DNA of 58,030 nucleotides from Hydrolagus affinis (taxonomy: Eukaryota): contig JAAILG010002096.1 in NCBI GenBank assembly GCA_012026655.1, positions 1 to 58,030 of the forward strand, written 5' to 3'. The notes beneath the pieces are model-generated. The model did not search any database and had not been told where the DNA came from. It saw only the letters and a program-made list of their open reading frames with translations. The position numbers were made by a program, and so were the translations under genes. This document shows, in pieces, positions 12,441 through 26,510 of the stretch. Numbering within the stretch: the first letter of the stretch is position 1; each line of letters begins with the position of its first letter.

Positions 12441-12949
12441 GTATGACAGCACAGAGAGTTATTATTGAAGTAGAAGTAAACTTCATCCATATAACCAAAC
12501 AATAACTAGCAATGCCTGCTAAATCTAGTCATAATACAGCTCTGAATTGTAGGCAAGTAGTTCATTACACAATAAATCTTCAAGCACTGTGCATTTTAAA
12601 TGAAGTGCTACTGTAAAATAAGAGGAGCAGATGTTTTGCCACAAGAACTGCCCTGTAACTACAACCTATCTCTGAAAAGCCTGAAACAATATATGTCTGT
12701 TCTAATCAGTACAAAAACAGGCTGCAAGTCACACATTTCTTGCCACAGAGAATTTAAATGTCCTACAGGACATCGCTAAATATTATGTACAGAACATGCC
12801 AGAGACAAATCCAGAAACCGCAACAACTTGGGGCAGGAAACTATTCAGAATCAGAAATGCCTCAACAAGTTAATTTTCTTTCATACCCAGATGATAATTC
12901 CACTGATTTTAAGAGATCTTAAATCTGTGCGTTCTCTTTTCACATAATG

Positions 12950-13119
12950 AGATGGGATCTTTAACGTCCACTTAAACAGACAAAATGAATCTAAGTTTAA
13001 TGTCTCCCATTAGTACAATGTTCCCCCAGCAATGGACTAGAATACCAGCGTGGATTATGAGTTCAAAGTCGCTTTCTGACCTAGAGACAAAGCGTGCCAC
13101 CAACTGAGCCAGGCTGACA
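12950..13119 (-). mobile_element. SacSINE1-like SINE, 5' half
   Basis: gggatctttaacgtccac...gtgccaccaactgagccaggctgac is the reverse of the Deu core and tRNA-like head. Confidence 0.7.
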
Positions 13120-16084
13120 GTTAAAAACAGAGTAAAGACTGTTCAATAAACATTTTGAAACACAGGTAATAAAATACACTATGATCCCCTGCATGCCCTC
13201 AGGTAGCTATCAGCCACCCAGGAGTATTGGTCTTCAATTGTGGAAACACAATATGTGAAGAGGAACTGAGAAGTTCATAAAACAGACTGGACAATATGGA
13301 AATTCATCAAGTCTGAAAGGCCTTTCCAAAAATGCAACAGACGCCAATGTATCAATCTTCTTTTTAATGCATCCTACAGTCTATTGTGTCTAATGTAAAG
13401 CATCATCGGCGTAAAGGCAAAACAATCAAAAGACGTGCAGTGTGCATGATAAAGTAAACGGGAGTATCAAATAGCAATATCATAACTGTAAATACATCCA
13501 TGTGAAAATAATGGTGCATAACTGAAGCACGCAATGGAACAACTGAGCAATTAGATCCTCCAGCAACTGCCTCCCTGCCTACAGAGGCTGTTCTGCCACC
13601 GGTATCCGCTGAGGTACATGGTAGAGTTAGATTCAGCCAGGCATGGTACCAACTTTATTCATTATTTTTGCCGTGACACAATACAAAGTGATAAGCACAT
13701 CTGTAAAGTGGCAAAGAAAAATACAGCACAGAGAGAGAGAGAAAGAGAGAGGTGTACTAATTCAGTTGAAGGGGTAATTCCTACAGCGAAATTGTACAAC
13801 ATTGAATGGTTCAGCAATTTAGTGCTGTTTCTGGCATGTTCTGCACAATCACAGTCTTGTCGAGCGCTATGGACAGATTTGCAGGGCTCACAAGTATCTA
13901 ACTCTGCTGCTGTTGTTAGTCTGCATGTTTATAACGTCCAGTGCAAGCATTAAACTGGTGCAGACGTTTGCGAATGAACAGCCATTTGTGGAATTTGACT
14001 AACTGTTGAATTCAGCCTCAACTTTGAAGTTGATTTTCTGTAGTTCCTGAAGAAAAGGGAAGGGAGAAAGGGAATAATTAACAGCAGCTTTGACCTGGGA
14101 TTAGTGGTGTTAACTGCAGCAAAGTCTCACCATAAGCTGTCAAGAAACCGAGAAAGAAGCAAAACAAGTAAAGACTATCACAAATCTGTGTTATTATCCC
14201 AGTGGCAATGTAATAATTTAACACAGTTGAACATTATATAGCTACACAGTATGAAATTTTCAATAGATTCCTTAGACATTATCTAAAAATTATTGAGTAA
14301 ATGTCAATGTGCAACTTGAAAGATGTTGTACCTTTTAGGTAGAATCAGTTCATCAAATCAATTACAGTACTTGGGTAAGATTTATATTACTTAAAAGTGT
14401 TCTTGATGCCATTATATGGAACAGGACATCTGGACCCTGTTGGGACCTTTTTGAGGACAGCAGCAAGATATTAATCACTAAACATTTGCAGAAAGACACA
14501 CAAACCTGCAAGTGTCCTGAAGCAGATCTTTAAGGCTAGGCAATTAAGGTGCTAATGATAGTTTGCCGGAATTTCAAGCTTACCAGCATATTGATTCCCA
14601 TAGTAAATCTACCGTACGTATTGGAGAAAGGAAACCTAACTCTTCCTTTGTACAGTAGATTCCAGCACTCTCTGGTATTTATAGGATTTTTTTAAATTTA
14701 GAAAGGTTGCAAATCAGCTCATATGAGTAACTTTACCAGAGACTACAGTAACTTGTTGAGCACCTTTGAAATCAATGAAAGGAGCATTAAGGAATGATCT
14801 GTCATTAGGATCAGAAAAGGGTTAAGCGAGTGCCCTCAATGGCTTAGAATGCTATGCAACACTATGCAAGCCAGAAAGATTCTGTGGGTTTGATCCCTGA
14901 TATGGGGTCATTTAAATGATTTCAACACATTTAAAAAAAAATTCTAACTGTGAGCATCCACAGCTTGTTCTCAATAATATAAGGAGTAAAGAGCATTCCC
15001 CTTTAAATCTGGGTAAAATATAGTTATGTTTAACTGTTACAGTCCACAATACTTGCAGAAAATTAGTAGCTGATATTTTGATACTGTACATTGAACAGGT
15101 CACATTTTGCTAGAAAGTACACAAAGCAATCTCATTGATGCCTTCCCTGGAATGAATAAAGTAGTGCAAGGTGAATGTGTGTGGTTGAGGTTAGTACAAA
15201 GTGGCAATTTTCCATTTTCTTTTCACTTGCCTTTAAAAACGAGCCAGATTCAGCCAACAAATGTGAGCTGAGAGTGAACACTTTGACATTATTTTAATAG
15301 CAGAAACTTACTTCCATCACTGAAAAAAAAACAATGCAGGACATTACCTCAATTACCCAGGCTTGGCTGCCTTATCCGTCCGTCTCATTCAGACTAAAGC
15401 ACTTAACCTTCTATAGAGAATTTTCACGCTTCATTTTCCATTCCATCAGGAATGAGATGAGAGTAAACGAAGTGCGTTTCTGTATGAACGCTGTCATCTT
15501 CAGCAATATGCACCCATCTGGCAAGAATGGTGAAACATAATTGATTTCAACGGAGCAGGTGGGTCTCAAGTTAATCATAGAATTAAAGAAGAAAAATTGT
15601 CCCAAATCATCCAGCAACAATATCCAGTTGCAAACTCCAGAGCAGGTAAAATCTTCACCAATACTTAGGCTCAAAGCAGACATTTTGCAGCATTCTCCTT
15701 TTCTATTTTATTAATTTGACGCGGCTGAGAGGCAAGAATGCACAGAGGCGAGAACTCAATTAAATAAGGGGAACACAAGCAAAAACTCGATTCATAACAT
15801 TTGTGGATTTGTAAATGACTCAGATGAATCATTGCGTGCATCTAACTAAGCTGACGAAACCTAAGGTGCCCAATTTGATTTGATGCATACAGTGTCCTAC
15901 TGTCTTCTTCTCCCATTTAATCACGTAAGTAAATATGCACAGTCCTGAGCAGTTGTCCTTGTTGGCTCATTCTACAGCATGGATATTTTAAATATGGCTT
16001 ATATTAAATATCATGTACGTAATATTCATTGATGTGGGAACTGATAGAGCCAGTATTTATTGCCTATCCTCAATTGCACTGAGA

Positions 16085-16245
16085 AGATAATGATAATAAT
16101 AATCCTTGCATTAGATATAGTGTTTTCACGTTTTTTTTAGATGTTTCCAAGTGCTTCACAGAAAATACAGTAAAATTACATGAGTGTATATTTGAGGGCG
16201 AAACGGGGCAGCCAATTGCGCACCACAGTGTCCGACAAACAGAAC
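16085..16245 (-). mobile_element. SINE 3' fragment
   Basis: taataataatccttgcatt...gcagccaattgcgcac...caaacag. Confidence 0.8.
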
Positions 16246-19162
16246 TAACCATTGTTAAAGATAGCAGAGTTTCTCGTTAAACCACTTCAATTGGAATGAC
16301 TGCTTCCAAGCAAAGGGAATAAAAGTACTGTAATAATGCAACAACACCAACAACATGCACTTATATAGTGCCCTCCATGTAGGGTAGCATCTCAGAGCGT
16401 TTTCCATTAACATATGGCTTAAAAAATAAATATGTTGGATAACATTGCCGGTTAATGGTATTCATGGTGAAGCTCATTGTAACTTGCTGCAGACTAATCA
16501 CTGCATATTTCATTGTTGCACATGATACATTTTCTATTTCTGCTCCCCTTGAGTCAATTACTGAATAGCCTTATAAGTGCTTCCCACATCACATCTCTGT
16601 TGTGTTATTCTATGGGGCAATTCTATTCTTGTCCGGGATGCTGCTCAGTTGTCTTTCCAGTTTAATAATGATGTTTTATATTTTAACACTAGGTTTTTAG
16701 AATGGGTAGACATAAGAACATTGACATCCTCCCGACGTGAAAGGCACCGTACAAGTATAATTTGTTGTTGTTGTTGGGTACGAGAAGTCTGAAATTTCAC
16801 CCACTTTTAGCCTATAAAATCATTTTGTGTTTAGATCTACAGTAGAGCAGAATTGTTTTAAATATTCTTAAACTCTGTCTTAATTGGAAAACCTATTTTC
16901 CTCAGTTCTTAAAAGGATCTGGTTTCCAAATTCAGACGGGATTTGAAAATTTTGCGCAAAGACTAGGAATTTCAGCCTGCGATTTCACACTCAATTGTTG
17001 CGCAGGACACAAATCCCATCATATTGAAAATCAAAGCTTTAAGTTATTACCAGAGCCAGAATAATATTGGAAGGGGCACAATCTGATATTGTAACTGATC
17101 ATGGATGTTGTAGCTTAAGCACAGTGTTATAGCATCCAACCTTGTTTTTATTAAAACCATATTTAAAGAAAGGACAGAAAATATTTCACACCTAACCCGA
17201 GTGAGCCTTTGGATTTGTTTTGAAATGAAGAGTGTGCAAAGTGCAAGCTTTGTACAGTATATCATGATCAGCCATCTTGCCCAGCTAGCTTGTTGGAAAA
17301 TGGTACAGTACTAGCAATGTGAGAGCGCCGCGGTAATAAAATCATTCTCTACATTAAATATTTACAGGGTGCCATGGAGCAAAGGACCACAAGTGAATAT
17401 TTAAAATAAAAATTCAGGCTATCTAATAGAACTCTATTTCAACATTACGCAAGTTTAGGCATCAGCAGTGAACATAAAGTTAAGGCTGACACGTTTGATG
17501 GAGGCTTTTCGTCCATTATGTAGGAATTGTTAATTATCTGAATTGACATACGGATGGTTGATAAAATTGTAGCAGGTCAAAGAGGTAGGATAGCATCACA
17601 TGGGGTATATCAATATCACGTGTGTATAAAAAAATTCTTGTGGAGCTTTATGTAAAGCAAAGCTAAGAGATTTCGAGCAGGAGTTTGGTGACCAAATCCT
17701 GGTTTAAGCTTGAGAGATTAATTATCTAAGATTTGTCTGTTGCTATTTATGACTAATCCAAAAATAGTTTTTAAAAACTACAAGTGCTCAACGATATTCT
17801 GTTGTTCGAATGCAATGTATAAGCTGCCTGAGAAATTGATGGATTATTATTAAAACATTAAAATACAATTCAACCTCTCAGCCTGATTGCTTTGGGGCAA
17901 ATATGCAACAGTATTCCTCAGAGGAGTCAATTTCTCTATTTATTGACTCAGCCTGTCAGTGCTGTTGAAAGTCAAGCATGTGTCTTGGCTATGAAATTTC
18001 CCTGGCAATCTTCCACCGCCGCATGTAACTATGCTCCACGATGGGACATGACCCATCATCTAACCTGAGGGTCAGAGGGCAGTGAGGCGTACTAAGCAAC
18101 TCGGTGGATTTTCTCTGCATCCATGACTTCCTGATTTCTCATCAAAAGCTTGACAGGAGGAATGGCCCAATGGCTATCCCTGCAGCGCCTGTCTGCTCAT
18201 CAATACAAAGTCACAACGCAACAGAACCCAGAGCACGTGGCACATTGCCGTCCCAAGCATGCTCTGTAATGAGACACCTGCGCATCATCTCGTCCTGTGA
18301 AGCAAGAGACGTTGAATTACAAATATTACAAACTTCACATTTGTCTGGTTTATTATGGATCGGACCGTGCCTCAGCCTGCATTGGTGGAAAGTTTCTGAG
18401 AGGTGTACATCATAGGCCGGGACGCCGACACTTCTATGACTTCATTCATTGTTGCTTATTCCATTTTTAGACTTGTTCATTGCCAAACAATTTGGTAACT
18501 CCATGCCACTACCCACCCCCTTTGCATTCACCCACATCCAAGGTTGGGACTAAATAATCTTTACCCAGCAATGCAACCCATTTACACAAGCAGCAATACT
18601 AATGATTTATGTTCTTTCTAGAGGATACATATAAGAGAATTGTGCATTATGGAGAATAAATCATTCCCACCATTGCCGACATAACTTTCCTGTCCCTGCA
18701 GTGCTAAGGGTTTTGTAGTCAGCAATGCTATTTTTTTTAACCCTGATGGGCTAACATTATTTAGACAATTGAGGTGGAGAGATTTTCTTTGAGATTTCAA
18801 TTTTTTTTAAAAAGAAAAAACGCTTCTTGCGATAACTTCAATTTCATCTTTGGATTTCAAATGTTTTTTTTAAAAAAATAACAGTTTATGAGTGCATCTT
18901 GCAGCTCTTGGCTAAATCCTTGCAGCTGCTGTGCATTCTCTGCTGCTTCACAATGCACACCAATCACTTGCAATAAAATTATGCTTTTGTGTTTTGCAGT
19001 GTGCATTGCATGGATGTGAATGCAATCAATGCCGTTATGTCTCTGGTTATACCTGGCAGCTGAACCCTTGCATTGCTTTTTTTGTTAATATCTGTCTAAT
19101 TGTTCAAGAATTTGGTTGGGATGTTTTGCTTGAATGTTGCATTTGACGTGATGGGCAATATT

Positions 19163-19507
19163 AATAATAATAATTGTTACATTTGACACACCATTTATAA
19201 CATCAAAATGACTCAAAGCACTTCACAAGTAATTGCTGTATAATGTTGAGGCCAACTTGAGCAAACATATGTGCCACTAACAACACCAGTCCCTTCTCTT
19301 CTGAAAGTGTCTTACTGGATCTTTCACATCCAACTGAACAGGCAAAGGATACTTCAGTTTATAGGTTACTCAAAGTACCAGCCCCTCTCACAGTGCAGTA
19401 CTCCACTACAGTGTGAGCCTAGATTACGATCTTAAAGTTATATGGTCTTAAACCCACAACTTTCTGACCCAGAGATGAGAGTGTTACCAACCGGGCCAAG
19501 CTGACAC
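19163..19507 (-). mobile_element. Degraded SacSINE1-like SINE
   Basis: Tail (aataataata...), Deu core (ggatctttcacatccaactgaacaggca) and head (gagagtgttaccaaccgggccaagctgacac) in reverse order. Confidence 0.7.
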
Positions 19508-20510
19508 TTGCAGTGTGATTAATAAGCTTGTTAGACAAGTGTAATTTTGTTGTTGTTGCTGTTTCAGGCAGAGACTGGCACTCTTTTTATGAGCATAAGA
19601 TAATAACTCAATTACGCAAAGGCCCTACTGAACACTGCAGAATACAAGGTGACAGTAGAACAAACATGTGTTATGCTTCCTAGAACTTCAGAAACCGGTG
19701 CACATAATCACTACGGACACACTGAGACTCAATCGGAGCAGATCTGGCTCTGCCACCATCACTCTCCTCTACTATCCTGGCATTCCTGTTAACTCCCATT
19801 TTAGAGTGCATCATATAAGAGCACAATAATATTGATCTATAAAACACAGAGGCTGTGATATTCCCTATAAAATTCAGTAAAATAAATTCCAATGTCACTG
19901 CTTGTCAACTTGCATAGCACAATACCGCTGGTTGACAAATCACACGGTATAGAAGTGCAAGCCTGCTGCCTATTTCAAACAACCTTATCTCTGAGCTTCT
20001 TATTATCCTAAATACGAAGACATCATCGCTGCTCTGTGTGGAATATAGAATTGCGCCCCCTGGAAATAGGTTCCAAGATAAATTGTGTGATTCATCGCAT
20101 TGACTAAACCCTTCAATGTGTTACAATCAACATGCTGCAAACTGTGTGTTATCTTGTCTATACTATAATTGTCATTCATCAATTACGTGATGAGTTTTCA
20201 ATGATTACATCACATCCAGTATGTCTTCTTCTTACCGCTCAGTCAAATTACATCATTTCTTGTCCTTTAAAACTACATATACCACCCTGCCGAGATAAAG
20301 GGTATCCTTAAAACAAAACAATAAGCACTTCTCACCCAGGTGACAATATATTATAAAGAAAGAGTGGACACATGGAAGCAATCTTGAAGCAATACTTTCA
20401 TCTCACGGCTCAAATGATGGTTATAAACCAAATCATGCTTCGTTCTTGTGGTTTATGGCATCACTTAAACCCTTCAATTAGGTAAATGCTGTATAATCAT
20501 TCCAGAGAAT

Positions 20511-21016
20511 GACTGTCCAGCGCCCTGGGACGTCTTTCCGACCTGAAGGGTGCTAAACAAGTGTAATTTGTTCTTTTTTGTTGCTGTCGCAGAGGATAAT
20601 CGGCAGCTACATCAGGCTATCAGGAAGAATAGTTCATACCAGGAAAGTTGATTCATTTAAGCAACCACCTGAGATGCTGTGATGGAAATCTAGTGGGTTT
20701 AGCATGGGTGTACAGTACGCTGAAATATTATGTAAATAGAGTGCAATGGGTGCATTTTCTGCCCAAGTGTGCCAAGCCATTTTGCTACCAGGTTTGTCAC
20801 CCAGATAAAAGTCCAGATTAGTTCAAACAACGTCAGCCTCCTTTAAGATGTGGACAATATATTGGTGAGTATCCAATGAATTATTGAAGTTAGCAAACTT
20901 CAAGGTTTTACTGGGTCTTCACCTTGACTGTGCTCTGTGCCCAGCGCCTTGGGATGTCCTCCCAATGTGAAAGGTATTCTATAAATTGAATTCTGTTGTT
21001 GTTGTTGTTGTTGTTG
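20511..21016 (+). mobile_element. Two short L2 3'-tail fragments (20511-20585, 20935-21016)
   Basis: Both match cagcgccttgggacgtcctcccgacgtgaaagg...(ttg)n from 221-286. Confidence 0.75.
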
Positions 21017-21749
21017 AGTTCTTGCATCATGCATACAGAATATATATTCAAGTGAATAGTGTTGTTTTTAGTGCAGGCAATGCTGTAACATACAAGAGCA
21101 TTTCAATTCTCATTAGTTGTTTTTGTGATTTTGATAGTATAGAGCAGGAATTTCAATTCTATCATCTCTGAGCTCCAATCCTGCCAACTGCTGTTAAAAG
21201 AAATCCTTTTGTTTAAAGATAGTTAAGTAGTCTAAATACAAGCTCATAGTAAAGGTATGATTCTACAATTTTCATTAGTAAATACATAAATATGTATTTC
21301 TTGCTTCTTGGGCCAAAATGGATGTGGATAAAATTGAATAGTTTCAAATAGAAATAAAAGAATCCTTCAATGGGCATCAACAATGGGGTCACGTAATTTA
21401 CAATTTCTATTCAATTAAACAGGAGCGCCTTCTGCAGATATAGTGCACCCATTATTAACCTATCAGCTATTCAAAAAAAATGTTATAAATTAAATTTTTA
21501 AAGAAAAGTCTTCCATTTGTTGCGCTAATGGTGCTCTCTATTGTTGAGTCCCACAAAAGAAAAACTGGATTTTTTTGTACCTTTTGGCATTAGCTGAGGA
21601 ACTTTGTTGACCTTAAATACCAACCAAAAACTGACAAACACTTTCTACAGGAGGAATTTTCATCATATGCTGAAATAAATAATACTTTTAGTCTTATTGC
21701 CTAATTATTCAAACCAATTCCATATGGCACTTATCTACAGCTCTTTCAA

Positions 21750-21900
21750 ACATGCCTTAAATACAAGCCATTGAATTGAGCAGAAAAGACTAAGTCAATT
21801 GTGCCTTTTCCTGGGCAGCAACAGAACCTGTATTGAGTCGAAAAATCTGTGGTTTTGTTTTTCATTTTCAATATTTTACCATGAGAAGAAAAGGCTTCAT
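21750..21900 (-). mobile_element. Degenerate RTE-like reverse transcriptase fragment
   Basis: SHGKIL...CPGKGTIDLVFSAQ resembles the non-LTR RT segment GKIL...GFRPGRGTIDMIFSARQ; short and decayed. Confidence 0.4.
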
Positions 21901-23207
21901 TTGAGTGTAAGATGCAATGCGATGTGAGCAAATTCTCTGTATCTGTGGAATGTCTAGCCCAAGTCATAGATAGTTCTTCCGTCTGTTAATTCTTCGGAGA
22001 TTTTATTCACGTCCAGGAAATAGCAAGAGTTCATTTACAGAATGCTTGCGGTCTCCATGGGTACAATTCATAGATGTGGTAACAGCAATTACATCCAAAT
22101 AGACAGAGGAGCGTGTCTTTTCATCAGAATCCTAAAACAGCTGTGATAACAGCAGAACACCAGAACAAATTAAAAATCATTGGAAGTGAATGCTGTAATG
22201 CCCTTTATCTATTGTACTGTTAATTCACATGCATTTTTCATGTGTAAATAAATTATATCCAGCTATCTTACTTTCTATATTCACTTTTTTTCTCATTCTT
22301 CTATAAACGGTGGCTCACACTGGAATATGAACATCCTATACCTCATCAGACAACCATGGCAATAGGAGGATTCATTCCATTGACTTAGAATGGGAGATTA
22401 ACCTTCATGCCCACAAATTATCATTTCCAATGGTTTAGAGGATGGTGTGTAGAAGTATAGTGTGACACATTTTGCTAGACAACTTTCCCCTTCTCTAGCC
22501 CAGAGGTGATTCCACATCACTCCAAACACATTGCAGTCACAGCTAAGATCATTGACTTATAGATCACAAATTGAACCCCGGATGTTCATGCTCTCTATTG
22601 CTCAGTCCCAACGTCATGTCTCCTGAAGGCATCATATTTCCTCTGCAATACAATACGCAATCATTTTATGCAGTAGTTCTGCTTAATTTTGATGAAATGT
22701 CGCTCTAAAGCCCCAGTCATGTCATGTTTATTTTATGCTCTGTCACATTGAATGTTTTGTGGTAAATCCCTATGAAAGAAGAATATAAATGGGAGTTAAG
22801 CTGGAAGTGAATTGCGCTAGAACCCAGCAGCTGAGACCACCTTCAAAAGGTAGTTACTGTCACAACATGGATTCGCAGTGGAAGCAGAAAGGATTAACTT
22901 GGGCTATCTTGCCTGTCAATTAGATGAGCCCATTTGAAGGGACGACTTTTTAAATATTATTAAAACGCAGGTTATACGATATCAGCTCACATCCAGCAAT
23001 ATGAATACGGTATTATTAATATGGAGGGTCAAACATCAGAGAAGTAATTTCCATTGAGATTGGAATGAAACGTTGACTGTGGATGCCAAGCAAAAGTTGG
23101 TTAATTTTACATCAAAGTTCAGCTCCAAGGAAAACTTCAGCTAAATTTCACTACACTGCAAAATACATAATGAGAACATGAGATATCTTAAAAACACAGA
23201 TTCAACT

Positions 23208-23250
23208 TTATGTTAATGTAGTGAAACACCATTATGTTAATGTAGTGAAA
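23208..23250. repeat. 24-bp-period tandem duplication
   Basis: ttatgttaatgtagtgaaa at 23208-23226 and 23232-23250. Confidence 0.9.
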
Positions 23251-23339
23251 TGTCACAAAGATAGTTATCAGTAATTCTGTGCGATTGAGTTTTGCATTTG
23301 AATTTGTCAATGAAGGTATCATTCAGAATTTACTTATCG

Positions 23340-23460
23340 AACCATAAAAAGTCGCAGCACAGAAGAGGGCCATTCTGCCCATCATCTCTCTCCTAGCTTA
23401 TGAAAGAGCAATCCTTTCAGTCCAATTTGCCTGCTTTTCCTCAAACCTATCCTTGTAATT
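23340..23460 (-). mobile_element. CR1 3' UTR fragment
   Basis: cagcacagaagagggccattctgcccatc...gaaagagcaatcc resembles the CR1 tail at 38341-38430. Confidence 0.6.
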
Positions 23461-24061
23461 TACATCTTTATGGATTTAAGCATTGCATTCATTTGGTTGA
23501 AGAACTATAGCTATAATTTCAACTTAGCTGGGGTTGGAGGTGAGAGGGACGGGAGGATTTATGCTCAAATTAAGAAATTGGACAATTTGAAACAATCTTG
23601 AAAGGTAAGTGAGTTAAAGCAAAGTTAACATTTTGTAACATTTTTGGAAAGCCAGTTAGTACTGTTTGATTGGTGGGCTCATGATTGATCTGTACTACCT
23701 GTCATTCAAAACACCCAGCAAAATGATAGATTTTGATTCAACAAGGTTATCAATTTAGCTGGAGTTAGATTATTGTATATTCAACAATTGATTAATTGAT
23801 TCGATTATTCTGATGCTAGTATCTACTGGATAATCTGCGTTATGGTTCCTTTGGCATAAGGAATCAATAACAGTGAACTGTGATCATTTGGTATCAATGT
23901 TCTGTTCTATATACGTAGATTGTTGGTGTTATTAAAGTATATGAACATCTAGTTTTTTTTTCTCGGTTGATTTCCAACTCAAAGGTAAATGCTTTATCTA
24001 TGCCTACCATTGGTTTTGATGGATTACAGTTTGAAAAATTAATTGTTCCTGCCTGCTTTGA

Positions 24062-24360
24062 TTTAATAATAATCCTTGCATTTGATATAGTATCTTATCA
24101 CATCGTCAGAAATTACGACAAAGTGTATTGACCGCATATTTGCAGACAACATGATAGACTATTTACACACACAACGGTGTCCTATAAACAGCCACAAAGT
24201 GAATGACAAACATATTTGGGAGATTGTTGGCCAGAATCCTGGGAGAAACTTCCTGGTGGGGGGGTTTCAAATTGTGCTCTGGAATCTTTAGCATCTCCCT
24301 GAACAGGCAGATGAGATCTTGGTTTAACATTTCATCCAAAGAATAGACGTGACAAAATAC
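24062..24360 (-). mobile_element. Deu-domain SINE, 3' two-thirds
   Basis: taataataatccttgcatttgatatag tail plus core ggaatctttagcatctccctgaacaggcagatgagatcttggtttaacatttcatcc. Confidence 0.75.
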
Positions 24361-26235
24361 AGTTATAATAATAAAAACTGGCCCCACACAACCTTTCTGT
24401 ATCATTTATTTATTGGTGGCAATGTTACTATGTTATAATATAAAGTCGTTCGTACTTTTTAAATTGCTAAATGAGCATCTGCAAGCAGAAAGAGCTTCAG
24501 TATGTTCGCAGTACATAATCAGCTATGTGAGCGCATCCTGTTAGATAATCAAACATGTTGCACTTTTGGTATAAATGCAAAGACCTAATGACTAATGCAT
24601 TGTCTCTAAAAGTTAGAAAACAGCTGTCATATTATACCGCATTTTTTGAATGAAAAATATTTTCATTCCTTTAACTTTCATAGGAGATCATTCACGTCAT
24701 TAAAGATACATATCTGAAGTTTAGTGACACTTTTTCTCATTCTGTTTGATTGTTGTTCCGTCGTGCCAACCTTGCTTAGCTTTGTAGCAATCATGCCTTT
24801 GGGTCGACAAGTTGGGGGTTTAAGTCCTGTTTGGGCAGCTTTGAACCGTACGGTGTTGGGAAGAGTGCTGCATTTTAACAGTTTTACTGCCTTCCCTCAC
24901 AAAAGGGAAAGTATGTTCTTCTCAGATAGTAAGGCATTCACAGTATCAGATTAATGTAGCAGCAGCCCCGAGGAAAAACTTCTCTGGAAAAGTAGAAGGA
25001 GTTTCTAATACTCTTAGAAGCAACGAATACAGTGGCTGGCTGCAACTCAGACACAATCAATTCAGGTACCGCAAGTGAAGTCGTTACCTGAATTAGAGAG
25101 GATGGGAAATGGGAGCATTTCAGGTGATGCTGGAATGGTCCTATTAGTGCCCCCTAAATGTTCACAAAGTACTAAAGGTTCAGTCTTTGAACTTTGGATT
25201 TTTTTTTCATTTTCGTTCTGTTGTGTGTAATTATTATTGACCATTTTCCCATTGAAGTGGCTGATAGAGGTTCAGGAAGGTTGTTTCATAAAAGCCATCA
25301 AAAGCAACTTACATGAGGCGTTTTGAGAGGTGCAGAATAACAAGACGCAACCTCCACTCAGTTTCAATTACGATGCTTTGAGCTGTTTAAGCATCTGCCT
25401 AGAGTTACTGTAATACTATTGCCAAGCATTAGTAAAGACATAACAAAATGCAAATGCCCATTTACAGTGAAATGGAATTAAAAAGAGCTGCTGTGAACTA
25501 ATAAAATAATCGAGTAGCCAAACAGCCTACTCCAGGTCATCATTTACCACAGTTTTCTCTTTCAACATAAAATTCAATTGATTATCTAATCTCTTAAATT
25601 AGCCGTTAGTCCTTAATAGAATTCATCCAACTGGGAGTAGGGATTTTTCTCATTCAGCTTCTGTTAACCCTGCAACCAAAGCTATTTGAATGGGCAACAA
25701 GGTCTGAACTGGACAAGCAGTGGGAAGCTTGCTAGACAATGCTCTCTATGGCAAGCTGTGCAATATTTTAGCTTGTTAATATCCAGCAGTATCCCAAAGC
25801 ACTCTCTGGGGTCCCCAAACCTTGGCTCTTGTGAACTGACATGGAATACTCTCCAGAATTAGATAAACAAGGTGTGTCCCTCTGGTGGAGAGAATGTGCA
25901 TTCCATTCCAGGCAAAGGGAATATGCATGTCATTGGCATACTGTACATATGTGTACCTCTTGGTTTGGATACTGTGAAGTGTGGGGATGAATTTCCATGC
26001 TATATTAGTCGGGCACAAAGCTTCCCCCACCTATAAAATTCTTAATGATTCCATTACTAAATCCACTGGAGTGAAGCTGAGCATTAGGAAGATTTCAAGT
26101 TGAGGTAAGAATGCTCCAGTTGGGCTCAACAAACTGGGTTCTAACTGGGTGTGACATCTAAGTTCCCTGCTGGAAAGCTCCTGTGTTAAATAATTGGCTG
26201 TAAAGCTAGATAGGGTAAACAAAACGGGGGGCACA

Positions 26236-26510
26236 CGATAGTCCGAAGGTTCGATAGTCCGAAAGTTCATTAGTCCAAAGGTTCGATAGTCCGAACACAC
26301 AAATTTCCTATACCCGGGGCGGTTACCGTGGTTACCGCTCGATAGTCAAAACCGACAATGAAATAAGGTTTGTTAATCCGAACATTTGCATCCTTAGGGT
26401 TAGGTTTAGGGTTAGGGTTAGAGTTAGGGTTAGGGGAAGCTTCAGACTAACGAGCCTTCAGACTAATGAACCTTTCGGACTAACGAACCTTCGGACTATC
26501 AAGCTGTAAT
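26236..26510. mobile_element. Foldback/MITE-like element with inverted 16-bp repeat arrays and an internal telomeric tract
   Basis: About four copies of cgatagtccgaaggtt (26236-26295), about four inverted copies aaccttcggactatc (26437-26501), and seven TTAGGG-type units (26394-26435). Confidence 0.85.

Noticed and set aside
16921-17031. Imperfect palindrome (gggatttg...gcgcaa / ttgcgc...caaatccc)
   Set aside because: Too decayed to call; probably an old MITE.
26236-26501. 16-bp repeats as a CRISPR array
   Set aside because: No spacers, the arrays are inverted, the context is eukaryotic and there are no cas genes.
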